Shown here one piece after another: positions 18,223 through 28,282 of a DNA stretch of 44,340 bases. The first letter of the stretch is position 1, and the number at the start of each line of letters is the position of its first letter. This DNA comes from Candidatus Omnitrophota bacterium (GTDB lineage: Bacteria; Omnitrophota; Gorgyraeia; Zapsychrales; Zapsychraceae): the NCBI GenBank assembly GCA_015233495.1, contig JADFXQ010000010.1, forward strand, positions 1 to 44,340. The letters are read 5' to 3'. The position numbers and the translations under genes were made by a program. The notes beneath the pieces were generated by a model. That model searched no databases. It saw nothing but the letters and a program-made list of their open reading frames with translations, and was not told the DNA's origin.

Positions 18223-20895
18223 TTAACCCTCGCTGACTGCGGATTTAATATCGAGCGAAACCACCTTTAACAATTCCTCATTCGACATTTCGGTCAGCAC
18301 CGCGCTGTCCGCCCCTTCCAAAATTTCTTTGGACATGGCTTGTTTGGATTCGATCAATGCGTCTATCTTTTCTTCCAGCGTGCCTTTGCATATAAATTTA
18401 TGAACGAGAACATTGCGCTTTTGGCCGATGCGAAACGCGCGGTCAGTCGCCTGGTCCTCAACCGCCGGATTCCACCAGCGGTCAAAATGGATAACGTGCG
18501 ACGCTGCGGTCAAATTCAAACCTGTGCCGCCGGCTTTGAGCGATAACACAAAATACGGCGGGCCATCGTCTTTTTGAAAAGCGGCGACCATGTCCGGCCG
18601 TTTCTTGACCGGGGTGCCGCCATGCAGAATTAAGCCGGTTTTGCCGAATACCGACCGCAAAAAATCCGCCAGCGGCCCGGTCATTTCACGAAACTGCGTA
18701 AAGACCAAAACCTTTTCTTGTTTGTCCGCTATCGTCTCGCAGATTTCTTTCAACCGCATAAATTTGCCGCTGTCCTTTGCCGAAAAATTGCCGTCTTTGA
18801 CAAACTGCGCCGGGTGATTGCAGATCTGTTTAAACCGCATCAAATAAGACAAGATCATCCCGCGGCGTTGAATGCCATCCACTTCCTTAATTTCCCGGGC
18901 TAAAGACTCGACGGATTGCTGATAAAGAACCGCCTGGCCTTTGGAAAGCAAACAATAGGTCTTCACTTCGGTTTTATCCGGCAAATCGCGGATGACCGTG
19001 CGATCGGTTTTAAGCCGTCGTAAAATATACGGCCGCAATAAAGTTCTTAACCCGGCATACGGACCTTCGCCCGTCTGAGTCTTGCGTTTAATAAACCCGT
19101 CAAAATCCCGGGCCGATCCTAAAAGTCCGGGCGAAACAAAATCAAACAGCGACCAAAGGTCAGACAAATGGTTCTCCACCGGCGTGCCGGTCAAGGCGAT
19201 CCGGTTCTGACTTTTCAACGCCTTGATCGCCCGGGTTTGTTTGGCCGCCGGATTCTTAATCGCCTGGGCTTCATCTAAAATCATCACGCTCCATGGCTGT
19301 TCGGGCAACCAGGTCAAACGGATCGCTGAACCGTAGGTCGTGATCACCACATCCAGATCATCTTCCGAAGGCTTGGCCGTGCCCTGGCCGCTGGGATGCG
19401 CGATCCAAAATTTCAGCGACGGCGCGAATCGTTCGAGTTCGGCTTTCCAGTTGCCGATGATCGAAGCCGGGACAATCAACAGCGCCGGAGCCCGTGGGAG
19501 TTCTACGGATCTTTGCCGGAGTAAAAGAAAGGCGATCACCTGAATCGTTTTTCCCAAGCCCATGTCGTCGGCAAGAACCGCGCCCAAATGCATTTGATGA
19601 AGCATATTCAGCCAGGATACCCCTTTGCTTTGATAAGGCCGGAGTTCGGTTTTTAATTTAGTCCGGAGCGTATCCTCAATTTTTTGGTCTTCTTCCGGCG
19701 AGCGCAAGGATTCCAACAGGGTTTTGAGCCACTGACCAGAAACCACCCGGGTATAAAATTGATCCCCGACCAAGTCGTCATCACCCGCCGCTCCCGGAAC
19801 GCCGGAAAGCCAGCGCATCCCTTCCGCGAACGTCAGGCCGCCGTCTTTGACGGACTGGGCCACGGTTTTCCATTTCGACAAAAGATCTTTCAACTTTTCA
19901 GCGTCGACCTCAACCCATTGGCCTTTAAAAAAAACCAAATTCTCACTGCGTTGTAATAAATCCCGAATCTCTTGTTCATTCAACTCCTGATCGCCGACCA
20001 CCACCGACATTTGAAAATCAATGAGCTCTTGAAAACCCATCTTGCCCGGCTGTTTTTCGCCGATGCGAACCTGAACTTGCGGACGATTGGGTTGTTTGGC
20101 TTTCCACCAATTCGGGGCTTTAACATAGATACCGGCCTTCATAAATACAGGAATGTCTTTTAAAAATTGGTAAGTCTCGCCGGGATTCAGGGCTAAGGGA
20201 TGATAAATCTCGCCGGAATCGACGGCCGCTTTGAGATACGCGCTGTCTTGGGCCGCCTTATGAATCGGCGCCAACAGCCGCAGAAGAACGCTTTTGTTCT
20301 TCGCGCTGCCATATTCTTCCAAGGCCTTGCTCAAAGGCAGATGCTGGGCCCGTCCGTCTTTGGTCATGGAAGGGGCATAGGTTGCGAGAAACGCGAACGG
20401 CGTAGATTCGGATGCTTTGTTCTCGGCAAGGTGAAAACATACCCGGCCGAGTAAGCTCCAGCTTGAATGCCGGGCGGCAAAATAATCCGCGACATTCTTC
20501 CCGGAGGCGCGGATTTCTTCGCGCAAGGCGGTTTCGATTTCAAGCCACAGCGCTCGCAGACATTCCTTGTCGCAATACTCCGCGCCCTTCATTGCCGGGA
20601 TCGTGGCTAAAAAACGATTCAAATCATCGTCGGGAACATCAACTTCCGGAGGGTCTTGGGTGAAATCGATTTGTTCCAGATTCGGGGTTGCCGCAAAAAG
20701 CGAAAGATAAAGCCGGGCAAAATCTTTCCAAAACGCGAAACCCGCGTCTTCGGTAAAGGCGTCGTTAACCACATCTAAAAACAACAATCCCGCGCCGGAA
20801 CTCTTGGCAAACGCGTTTAAAAGATCTTTGTTTTGGTCCGCGTCATCAGCTTCAACATAAAGTCGGCGGCCCGGGGAGAGATAGATATTCTGCAT
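18223..20895 (-). CDS. SNF2-family helicase/ATPase
   Basis: LADDMGLGKT, LDEAQ, LTGTPVEN, LRRLK, SLKAGGTGLNL, QATDRAFRIGQ. Confidence 0.95.
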   Translation of the reverse strand: MQNIYLSPGRRLYVEADDADQNKDLLNAFAKSSGAGLLFLDVVNDAFTEDAGFAFWKDFARLYLSLFAATPNLEQIDFTQDPPEVDVPDDDLNRFLATIPAMKGAEYCDKECLRALWLEIETALREEIRASGKNVADYFAARHSSWSLLGRVCFHLAENKASESTPFAFLATYAPSMTKDGRAQHLPLSKALEEYGSAKNKSVLLRLLAPIHKAAQDSAYLKAAVDSGEIYHPLALNPGETYQFLKDIPVFMKAGIYVKAPNWWKAKQPNRPQVQVRIGEKQPGKMGFQELIDFQMSVVVGDQELNEQEIRDLLQRSENLVFFKGQWVEVDAEKLKDLLSKWKTVAQSVKDGGLTFAEGMRWLSGVPGAAGDDDLVGDQFYTRVVSGQWLKTLLESLRSPEEDQKIEDTLRTKLKTELRPYQSKGVSWLNMLHQMHLGAVLADDMGLGKTIQVIAFLLLRQRSVELPRAPALLIVPASIIGNWKAELERFAPSLKFWIAHPSGQGTAKPSEDDLDVVITTYGSAIRLTWLPEQPWSVMILDEAQAIKNPAAKQTRAIKALKSQNRIALTGTPVENHLSDLWSLFDFVSPGLLGSARDFDGFIKRKTQTGEGPYAGLRTLLRPYILRRLKTDRTVIRDLPDKTEVKTYCLLSKGQAVLYQQSVESLAREIKEVDGIQRRGMILSYLMRFKQICNHPAQFVKDGNFSAKDSGKFMRLKEICETIADKQEKVLVFTQFREMTGPLADFLRSVFGKTGLILHGGTPVKKRPDMVAAFQKDDGPPYFVLSLKAGGTGLNLTAASHVIHFDRWWNPAVEDQATDRAFRIGQKRNVLVHKFICKGTLEEKIDALIESKQAMSKEILEGADSAVLTEMSNEELLKVVSLDIKSAVSEG

Positions 20896-20907
20896 TTCGC
20901 GACACCC

Positions 20908-22137
20908 TTATTCATTGCCTGATTTTTTTCTGATGATATTTTGCCGATTAATATACTGATCCAATAAAGGGACAGCGAACGAATATTTCCCATACCGATT
21001 TTTATAGACCAGCCCGGCATTGGCCAATGAACTAAGCATTTGATTGACATGACTGTTGCTAAAAGAATCTATCTCATATTGTTTAGACTCGCTCGCCACT
21101 TCGGCGACCGTAAATTCATCCTGGCTATTGGGAAGCTTCGCGATGACTGCCAATAATTCTCGTTGACGATCCGTTGCTCTCGCCCATCTCCCGGCAAAAA
21201 AATCCATATCCAATTTTGCGATAATTGCCGCCATCGGGACATTACCCTGCTCACCCCGGGCGTTTTGCTGAATAAAGATGTCATAGGTTTCCTTACACAT
21301 GAATTGTATAAAATAAGGATAACCGTTCGATTCTTTCACAATGAGCCCGACGGATTCTTCCGTAAATTTAACCGGACATTTCGCGCTCTCAATCGGTTTT
21401 ATAATAGCGTCGCGGCTTTCTTTCGGGTCTAATTTTTTTAAGAATATCACCCTAAACATTCTCTCCGCGAATGTCCGCGAGTCGACTAATTTAGGAAATA
21501 ATGTCGGCAGACCCGTTAAAACTAACATGATGAATAAACCTTTTTTTTGAATGGATTGAAAAACATCCAATAACAATGCCACGGGATATTGACCTTTTTC
21601 AGCTTGGTCGGAAATCGTTTGCGCTTCGTCATAAGCAAAAATGATCCCTTTCCCATAGTCTTTAGTGACAGTCCAAACAATCTCTAAAATCATTTTTAAT
21701 TTATCCGCGACCAACCCCGGAATACTATTATAAATTTCAAGAAGTTTTTGATAACTCAATTTCTCTTCAATCAATTCCTGATTAGAATTAAAACCAATTT
21801 TATCTAAAATTTGATGTCCAATAACAAAGTCACTGGTAACAATTGATAAATCCGTCATTAAGCGCAAAGCCATTGTCTCTTCCGAAATACTCGCGGATTC
21901 GGATAAATCCGTGCCTGTCCATAACCATTTGTTTTCTATCGCCAGATTTTTAAACTTCTCCAATAATACTGTTTTACCAACTCCACGCAGACCGGTCAAA
22001 ATAACATTTCCTAATATAGTTTCCTGTTGCAGCAATTTGAGAAACTCTTCCGTCTCTTTGCTGCGTCCCGCTAAATACGGCGGACTATGACCGGCTCCAG
22101 GTTTAAATGGATTTTTATAATTTTCTTTAATGTTCAT
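20908..22137 (-). CDS. P-loop ATPase (AAA_16/STAND-like) with probable C-terminal winged helix
   Basis: NPFKPG..PPYLAGR, GLRGVGKT, DEAQ, GYPYFIQ; C-terminal LANAGLVYK.RYGKYSF. Confidence 0.8.
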   Translation of the reverse strand: MNIKENYKNPFKPGAGHSPPYLAGRSKETEEFLKLLQQETILGNVILTGLRGVGKTVLLEKFKNLAIENKWLWTGTDLSESASISEETMALRLMTDLSIVTSDFVIGHQILDKIGFNSNQELIEEKLSYQKLLEIYNSIPGLVADKLKMILEIVWTVTKDYGKGIIFAYDEAQTISDQAEKGQYPVALLLDVFQSIQKKGLFIMLVLTGLPTLFPKLVDSRTFAERMFRVIFLKKLDPKESRDAIIKPIESAKCPVKFTEESVGLIVKESNGYPYFIQFMCKETYDIFIQQNARGEQGNVPMAAIIAKLDMDFFAGRWARATDRQRELLAVIAKLPNSQDEFTVAEVASESKQYEIDSFSNSHVNQMLSSLANAGLVYKNRYGKYSFAVPLLDQYINRQNIIRKKSGNE

Positions 22138-22177
22138 AAGGGGCTTCCTCCTTCTTTAATGAACAATTACTCTTATG

Positions 22178-22210
22178 GCTAAATTTAGCATATCATATAA
22201 ATTTAGTCAA
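22178..22210 (-). promoter_or_regulatory. Promoter overlapped by two TAAATTTA palindromes
   Basis: TTGACT-17-TAAATT on the minus strand; GCTAAATTTAGC plus a second TAAATTTA. Confidence 0.5.
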
Positions 22211-22233
22211 CATAATAATCGGACGTAATTCTA

Positions 22234-22584
22234 TTAAAAACGGTACTTATCGATCTTTACCGCAAGCGGCTGATTTTTGCCTAGTGCATCGGGCTTGGTG
22301 ACGCAGACTTTGACGTTTTGGACGAGCGGTTCTTGAAGGATTAATGCGGCTATCGCAGCGCCTAATTTTTCGAGAAGAAAAAATTGAGTCGGTTGAATAG
22401 CCTCTAGGATTTTCTTCATCATCGCGGCATAATCCAGGGTGTCGGTCAATTGATCTGTTCGCGCCGCTTTTTCGCCTCGGTATTCGATGATGATGTCGAG
22501 AAGTATGTTTTGGCGGCGCCGGCGCTCGACGGGCTTGGTGCCGATAATGAGGGAAACCGGAAATTGTGGGATGTGAATAATCAC
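22234..22584 (-). CDS. folB: Dihydroneopterin aldolase
   Basis: IG..PVER.RRQ, DTLDY, FLLE, VTKPDA; directly after folE. Confidence 0.88.
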   Translation of the reverse strand: MIIHIPQFPVSLIIGTKPVERRRRQNILLDIIIEYRGEKAARTDQLTDTLDYAAMMKKILEAIQPTQFFLLEKLGAAIAALILQEPLVQNVKVCVTKPDALGKNQPLAVKIDKYRF

Positions 22585-22611
22585 TGCGCGCCGCCTCTTC
22601 TCTGTCCCGAA

Positions 22612-23157
22612 TTATTTGATCAGGCTCAAAAATTCCGACCGGGTCGCGCTTTCTTTGCGGAACGAACCCAGCATACAAGAGGTGATCATTTTGGAGTTTT
22701 GTTTTTCCACGCCGCGCATCATGGTGCACAGATGCTGGGCCTCGATCACCACTCCTACCCCCTGCGCCTGGGTGTAGCGCATGATTGTCTCCGCGACCTG
22801 CTTCGTCAGATTCTCCTGCACCTGCAAACGCCGGGCAAAAACATCCACAATCCGAGAAATTTTTGATAAACCCAGAATTTTGCCTTTCGGGAGATACCCG
22901 ACGTGGCATTTGCCAAAAAAAGGTAGCAGATGATGTTCGCACATTGAATACAGCTCAATGTCTTTAACGATGATCATCTCGTCATTATCCGACTCGAACA
23001 AAGCGCCATTGATCACCTCATCCAGATTCTCCCGATATCCTTTGGTGAGAAATTGAAACGCCTGGGCCGCGCGCTGCGGGGTCCGACGCAATCCTTCCCG
23101 TTGAGTATCCTCGCCGATATGAACCAACAAGTCTTTATAAAAATTTTCGAGTTCCAT
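22612..23157 (-). CDS. folE: GTP cyclohydrolase I
   Basis: [29 protein letters not shown]. Confidence 0.97.
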   Translation of the reverse strand: MELENFYKDLLVHIGEDTQREGLRRTPQRAAQAFQFLTKGYRENLDEVINGALFESDNDEMIIVKDIELYSMCEHHLLPFFGKCHVGYLPKGKILGLSKISRIVDVFARRLQVQENLTKQVAETIMRYTQAQGVGVVIEAQHLCTMMRGVEKQNSKMITSCMLGSFRKESATRSEFLSLIK

Positions 23158-23269
23158 ATTACCCCATTGCCCGGAATGTTAAGATTGTGAATAATAACAC
23201 ACCACACAGATTGCTGTCAATCTTGGTCAAATGAAGGTATAATAAAAACTAATATTATGCAGGACTATT

Positions 23270-23330
23270 GTCGGGGCGCCCGTTGCGCGGTCGCGCCAGA
23301 ACAACGGGCGCCCACAAGGGGCGCCCCAAC
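23270..23330. repeat. REP-like element, copy 2 (left arm shortened; GTCG/GTTG ends)
   Basis: Shares GGTCGCGCCAGAACAACGGGCGCCCAC with copy 1. Confidence 0.85.
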
Positions 23331-23341
23331 ATAATCAATTT

Positions 23342-23986
23342 ATGCTGAACTCCCTTTGGCTCAATGCCCTCGTCACCGGACTGGCAACCGGCGGATTTTG
23401 TTTGGCGACTTGCTTCCCTTTTATGGGATCATTGCTGGTCGCGGAAGACCGCGGGTTTAAAAAAAATATTTGGTTTGTTCTCCACTTTCTCGGCGGACGG
23501 TTGGTTGGCTATATCGCGTTTGGGTTTTTGTTTGGTTCGCTGGGACAAATGGTCCGGACTCCGGTCGCCGACTGTGTGACGGATTTGTGTTTGATCATTC
23601 TCTCGCTTGTCTTGATTTTGACCATGATCGGGTTGATCAAAACATCGGAACAAAATTGCCTCGTTCCCCGATTTCATGCGCGTCAGGCCGCGACCATCGG
23701 ATTTCTGTTAGGCGTGAATGTCTGCCCGCCGTTTTTGATGTCTTTGACTTATGTCTTTTCTCTCCACAACTCCTGGCAGGGGGTCTTGTACTTTTTATTT
23801 TTCTTCGTCGCGAGTTCGGTTTATTTTTTGCCTATTGTTTTTTTAGGGTTATTGGCTAAAATGAAAGAAATCCAATGGGTCGGCCGGGTCAGCGGTCTGA
23901 TTTCCGGCGGGCTGTTTTTTATTTACGGCAGTTATTCGCTGGCACGGCACATCTCTTTAATGACAATTTTAAAACCGGGGATGTAA
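23342..23986 (+). CDS. DsbD_2/TauE-like membrane protein
   Basis: CLATC, GRLVGY and G.NVCPP motifs; ~6 TM. Confidence 0.7.
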   Translation: MLNSLWLNALVTGLATGGFCLATCFPFMGSLLVAEDRGFKKNIWFVLHFLGGRLVGYIAFGFLFGSLGQMVRTPVADCVTDLCLIILSLVLILTMIGLIKTSEQNCLVPRFHARQAATIGFLLGVNVCPPFLMSLTYVFSLHNSWQGVLYFLFFFVASSVYFLPIVFLGLLAKMKEIQWVGRVSGLISGGLFFIYGSYSLARHISLMTILKPGM

Positions 23987-24029
23987 GGGCGTCCCTCCAA
24001 TCAAGGTCGCGCACGGAGAACTCGGCACT

Positions 24030-24341
24030 ATGTTTGGCGAAAAAATTATCCGCAAATTGGATCCCTGGGGTTCTTGGCTGCTTCTGCTTGTCACGTTGGC
24101 TTTTGTGTTGACGGGATTCGACATGACCAAGCGGTTTTATAATCCGGCTTTGTCCCACTATATCCACGTGACCATTTTGCCCGCGCCTTTCTTCTTTCTG
24201 GTCATCCTGCACGTTTTAAAACCGGTGCGCGCCGCGCTTAAAAAATGGAATATTTTTACCAGCCATACGGCGCTGGATATTTACACCTACGCGCTCGCCT
24301 TGATTTGTCTGGGCCTGGCGCTCTGGTTCCAATTCCGTTAA
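24030..24341 (+). CDS. Small membrane protein (3 TM, conserved-looking His residues)
   Basis: ORF tightly packed in the operon; hydrophobic. Confidence 0.6.
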   Translation: MFGEKIIRKLDPWGSWLLLLVTLAFVLTGFDMTKRFYNPALSHYIHVTILPAPFFFLVILHVLKPVRAALKKWNIFTSHTALDIYTYALALICLGLALWFQFR

Positions 24342-24344
24342 ATT

Positions 24345-25490
24345 ATGAAAATACCATCATTCATCAATCTCCCTATCATTAAAAAAATATTCGCCTTTCT
24401 CTTTTTAATCCTGCTGATCGGTTCCGGCCTTTTATTGATCGGCCAGAGGGAACGCGTCGCCCGGAGTGAACGCCCTCCGGAAAAATTCCATACAGCCCTG
24501 TTTTTCGATAAGCTATCCAACCGCATGGTCCAATGCCGGCTCTGTCCCAACCAATGCATCCTTTCACCCGGACAAATCGGCGCGTGCAAGGCCCGAAAAA
24601 ACATCGACGGAACACTCGTTTCCATGGTCTATGGGCAGATCGCGTCTCAGCACGTTGACCCCATCGAAAAGAAACCTTTCTTTCACGTCCTGCCCGGCGC
24701 GACCGCGTTTTCCATAGCGACGACCGGCTGCAATATGCAATGCCTGTTTTGCCAGAATTGGGAAATCTCCCAACGCTTTCCTACGGAAGTTTCCACGACA
24801 GCCGCCACGCCGCAGCAAGTCGTTGATGAAGCCGCGGCCAGCGGCGCCCGGGCGATCGCTTTCACTTATAATGAGCCTACCATCGCGTATGAATATATGT
24901 TAGACATCGCGAAATTAGCGCATGCCCGCGGGATAAAAACACTGGTGGTAAGCAACGGCTATATCGAGCCAAAACCGCTCAAGGAACTGCTCCCTTATAT
25001 CAACGCATATAAAATTGACTTCAAAGGTTTCGACGAGGATTTTTACCGGACCATGACCCGCGGTAAATTACAACCGGTTTTGGAAAGCATGAAAACCATC
25101 AAACAAACCGGTGTGTGGCTGGAAGTCGTGACCCTGCTCATCACCGGACAAAATGACAGCGACGATCAAATCCGGTCTTTGTCCCGTTGGGTGAAAGACA
25201 ATCTGGGGCCGGACGTGCCTCTGCATTTTTCCCGGTTTTTTCCCCAATATAAAATGCTCAATACGCCGCCAACTGCCGACGCCAGAGTGATCCGCGCCAG
25301 AACCATTGCATTGAATGAAGGGCTGAAATACGTTTATTCAGGAAACATCGCGTATCCGGACGGGGAAACCACGTTTTGTCCGGAATCAAAACAACCGATC
25401 ATTGTCCGCCAAGGGATGTTCACAACATTCAACGGGCTTGAAAACGGAGCCTGCGCCGACGGCGAAAAAATCCCGGGAATCTGGAATTAA
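24345..25490 (+). CDS. amrS: AmmeMemoRadiSam system radical SAM enzyme
   Basis: CRLCPNQC, DPIEKKPFFH, GCNMQCLFCQNWEISQ, PLHFSRFFP, YVYSGN. Confidence 0.92.
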   Translation: MKIPSFINLPIIKKIFAFLFLILLIGSGLLLIGQRERVARSERPPEKFHTALFFDKLSNRMVQCRLCPNQCILSPGQIGACKARKNIDGTLVSMVYGQIASQHVDPIEKKPFFHVLPGATAFSIATTGCNMQCLFCQNWEISQRFPTEVSTTAATPQQVVDEAAASGARAIAFTYNEPTIAYEYMLDIAKLAHARGIKTLVVSNGYIEPKPLKELLPYINAYKIDFKGFDEDFYRTMTRGKLQPVLESMKTIKQTGVWLEVVTLLITGQNDSDDQIRSLSRWVKDNLGPDVPLHFSRFFPQYKMLNTPPTADARVIRARTIALNEGLKYVYSGNIAYPDGETTFCPESKQPIIVRQGMFTTFNGLENGACADGEKIPGIWN

Positions 25491-27654
25491 ATCTTCCTGA
25501 AATCAAAATGGCTGTCGCGGCATTGATCACTGCCACAAAGATCAGGGTTTGATCCATGCCGTACACCGGAATTAAAAAGCAGCCCGTGATCAAAGCTCCG
25601 CAACCGGAACCAAACAAGTCCGTCGCGTAAAAAACGGCCGCATCCCTTTCCCCGGCTGCTTGGCGGTATAATGCTGTGGAATAAGAAAATTCCACCCCGG
25701 CTAAACCGCCCAGAGCCAAACCGCAGAAAAACAACAACCCTTCCGGCGGAGCGACGCTAAACCGGATTGCATAAGCCAGAGCGGCTAATAAAAACGCGGA
25801 ACAACCGAAAGCCCAAACAAGCTTGTCCGGTTTCGGATCGCGGTTTCTGTTCCCGGCCAGCGTGCCCGCGGCCAGGCCAGCCAAAAACACTGTGAAAATC
25901 GCGGCGATTTTATAATATAAATGTCCGAAATAAATCTGATACGCGTAAATCACTAATACCTCGGCGGACATAACGGAAAACCCGGCAACCGCCGCGGCAG
26001 TTGTGAGACCAAGGCCGGTGCTATTGGGCCGCCGTAAAAAAAGCCCCGCGGCCACAGCCAGAGCCAAACCCAGCCAGACAATCAATGGGACATTCATCAA
26101 GTGCCGCAATGCCCCGGCCAATCCCGGATGAAACCGGCTGAACCAGAAAATCAAATTGTAAAAATACGCGGACGGCCGTATGTCGCGGTTGATCGCTATG
26201 CCTTCATCATGGTTCAACAGGGCTTGGGTGGACAAGACCCGGTCATTGGCGTACCGGTATCTCAAATACTGCTCGCTGACAAAATCATTGCGGATCGAAC
26301 GTTGCGCCATACGGCGGACTAAAACGGCCGGGTCTTTGATCAACGGTCCGGGCGAAGCGATCCAAAACAGATCATCTTCCGGAAGAACGACCGTGAATGG
26401 GAAAACCGATTTGATCGTCTTATGCAAAGATTTTTCCAAATCAGCCAGCGCCGGCAAAACCGTGTCCGAAGACACGGACAAATGCGTCGAGAAAACCGCG
26501 TCCGGTTTCATGTGGGAACGAATTTGCCGGAAAAAATCCTGCGTCGCGTAACGATTGATCAAAGCGGTCGACGGCGCGGGCAAATTGACGATCACTACGT
26601 CCATATCCGTCGGAAGCGCCGCGAGATAGGCCCGCAAGTCTCCTTTCATTAAATGAACCCGCGGATCGCGCAAGGCCAAACGCGATTCCGGCGAGATCAG
26701 CGGTTCGGCGATCGTAAGCATCGCCGGATCCGGCTCGGCGTAAAAAATCTCTGCCGGATTGTGTTTTAAAATTTGCCCGAGGCTGCCGTTAAATCCCGTG
26801 CCGATCAACAAGACTTTCTTAGGCTCGGAGTGGGACAGCATGGGCAAATGAACCAAAGATTCTTTAAAGACATCATTTTGATCCGGGCCAACCGGCTGAC
26901 CGTTCTGATAAAAATGGGCCAGCCCTTCGGCCCGTGTTGCCGTGATCTGGCCATAGACCGTGTTGCGGACTGCGACTATGGTTTCATTCCGAAAGCGGCC
27001 GTTTTCCGTTTTAAGATTGAAATGCGGGCCGGCTGCGTAACAAAACAGGCCGAACATCCCCAGCAAAATCGCCCCGGCCCAATGCGCGTATTGATTTTTT
27101 CCGATTTTAAAAAACGCCCGAGTCAAAAACAAAGAGGCGTTTATCCCCAGAAGAACCGAGCTAATTTGAAACTCGTTCCAAGAGACCAGCCCATAAGTAA
27201 AAACCATTCCGCCGGCCACGCAACCCAACACTTCCGAAAAATAAGCCCGACCCACGGACATTGAACGGCAGGCCACGGAAAATTGCAACCCAAAAACAAA
27301 ACAAAGCGGCGCCGGTATGATCAAAGCGACCGCCAAGGCCGGGATCAAATCCGGGATCTGGCCCCCGGATGCTGTCATGATCATGGGACTTAAACGGATC
27401 AGCGCGATTTCCAGAGGAATTAAAAGAGATGCGATGATAACGCAGAAAACCAGACCGGATTCCCGCCGGGAATCCGGAAAAATCCGGCGGGCCGACCAAC
27501 TGCCCAGCCCGATCCAAAACAGCCACGCGGCCAAAATCCACCCGACAAAAAATTCATTGCCGTACAAACTCACCATCAGCTCGCGTGTGATAACAACCTG
27601 GGCGATAAGCGAAGTGAAGCCGAGCAAGAATAAAGAAAGGTGAAACATAACCAA
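25429..27654 (-). CDS. Membrane-flanked spermidine synthase-like SAM-dependent methyltransferase
   Basis: N- and C-terminal TM blocks; YGQI, ESLVH.PM, VLLIGTG, NRYATQDFF, NRDIRP. Confidence 0.8.
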   Translation of the reverse strand: MVMFHLSLFLLGFTSLIAQVVITRELMVSLYGNEFFVGWILAAWLFWIGLGSWSARRIFPDSRRESGLVFCVIIASLLIPLEIALIRLSPMIMTASGGQIPDLIPALAVALIIPAPLCFVFGLQFSVACRSMSVGRAYFSEVLGCVAGGMVFTYGLVSWNEFQISSVLLGINASLFLTRAFFKIGKNQYAHWAGAILLGMFGLFCYAAGPHFNLKTENGRFRNETIVAVRNTVYGQITATRAEGLAHFYQNGQPVGPDQNDVFKESLVHLPMLSHSEPKKVLLIGTGFNGSLGQILKHNPAEIFYAEPDPAMLTIAEPLISPESRLALRDPRVHLMKGDLRAYLAALPTDMDVVIVNLPAPSTALINRYATQDFFRQIRSHMKPDAVFSTHLSVSSDTVLPALADLEKSLHKTIKSVFPFTVVLPEDDLFWIASPGPLIKDPAVLVRRMAQRSIRNDFVSEQYLRYRYANDRVLSTQALLNHDEGIAINRDIRPSAYFYNLIFWFSRFHPGLAGALRHLMNVPLIVWLGLALAVAAGLFLRRPNSTGLGLTTAAAVAGFSVMSAEVLVIYAYQIYFGHLYYKIAAIFTVFLAGLAAGTLAGNRNRDPKPDKLVWAFGCSAFLLAALAYAIRFSVAPPEGLLFFCGLALGGLAGVEFSYSTALYRQAAGERDAAVFYATDLFGSGCGALITGCFLIPVYGMDQTLIFVAVINAATAILISGRFNSRFPGFFRRRRRLRFQAR

Positions 27655-27676
27655 TGTTTGGAATGGTCCGCTATTT

Positions 27677-27826
27677 TCATTTATTGAAGATCAATTTTTT
27701 AACCCTGCCATTTTCCCAAACCATCAACGGCTTTCCGGATTTTTTATGTTCGGCAACGACTTTTCTGATCGCTTTTTTCATCGCGAGTTCCGCTTTATCA
27801 AGAATCGACAATTTTTTGACCATCAT
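27677..27826 (-). CDS. 49-aa basic protein, partner of the zeta-like ATPase (not in ORF track)
   Basis: MMVKKLSILDKAELAMKKAIRKVVAEHKKSGKPLMVWENGRVKKLIFNK; start overlaps the upstream stop; GGAG RBS. Confidence 0.7.
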   Translation of the reverse strand: MMVKKLSILDKAELAMKKAIRKVVAEHKKSGKPLMVWENGRVKKLIFNK

Positions 27827-28130
27827 TTCTCTCCGATTTTACTAAGGATCTCGGCAAATAATTTTTTATCTTTTATCTCGATACGCGCGTTTTGCTTCTT
27901 CGCGATGATTTCCGGGTGATCATTCGCATTATTGAAGATAATCCACTGATCAGCCAGGCATAGGTAATTTTTGAAAAATTTAACCAGACTTCGTTCAAAA
28001 CGGCGTTTGATATCTTCGATCAGTATATCATGCCCGCCTTTTTTGCGCATTCCGGCAAAAAAATTCTGGCAAAGGTCGTCTTCCCCGATCCGTTGGCCCC
28101 GGCAATGATATAAACATTCTTAATCTTCAT
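27823..28130 (-). pseudogene. Zeta-toxin-like P-loop ATPase (COG4185-like) with internal deletion
   Basis: MKIKNVYIIAGANGSGKTTFA joined out of frame to KGGHDI..EDIKRRF...DQWIIFNN. Confidence 0.8.
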
Positions 28131-28215
28131 AAATTTTATTATATAGAAAAAAAGCCGAGCAACAAAGAAAAATAAAGGCGACACGGTTTTTTCACCCGTG
28201 ACTCTGTTTGACCGC

Positions 28216-28241
28216 GATATAAGTTCTGATATAAGTTCTGA
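28216..28241. repeat. 12-bp tandem duplication GATATAAGTTCT
   Basis: Two exact copies in a divergent promoter region. Confidence 0.7.
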
Positions 28242-28282
28242 AAATGATGTTCGTCACCATTATTTTTGTTATAATTTTATCC

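Noticed and set aside
28216..28241. ATATAAGTT in the tandem repeat matches 9 nt of the IS circle junction
   Set aside because: Short AT-rich match with no IRs; likely chance
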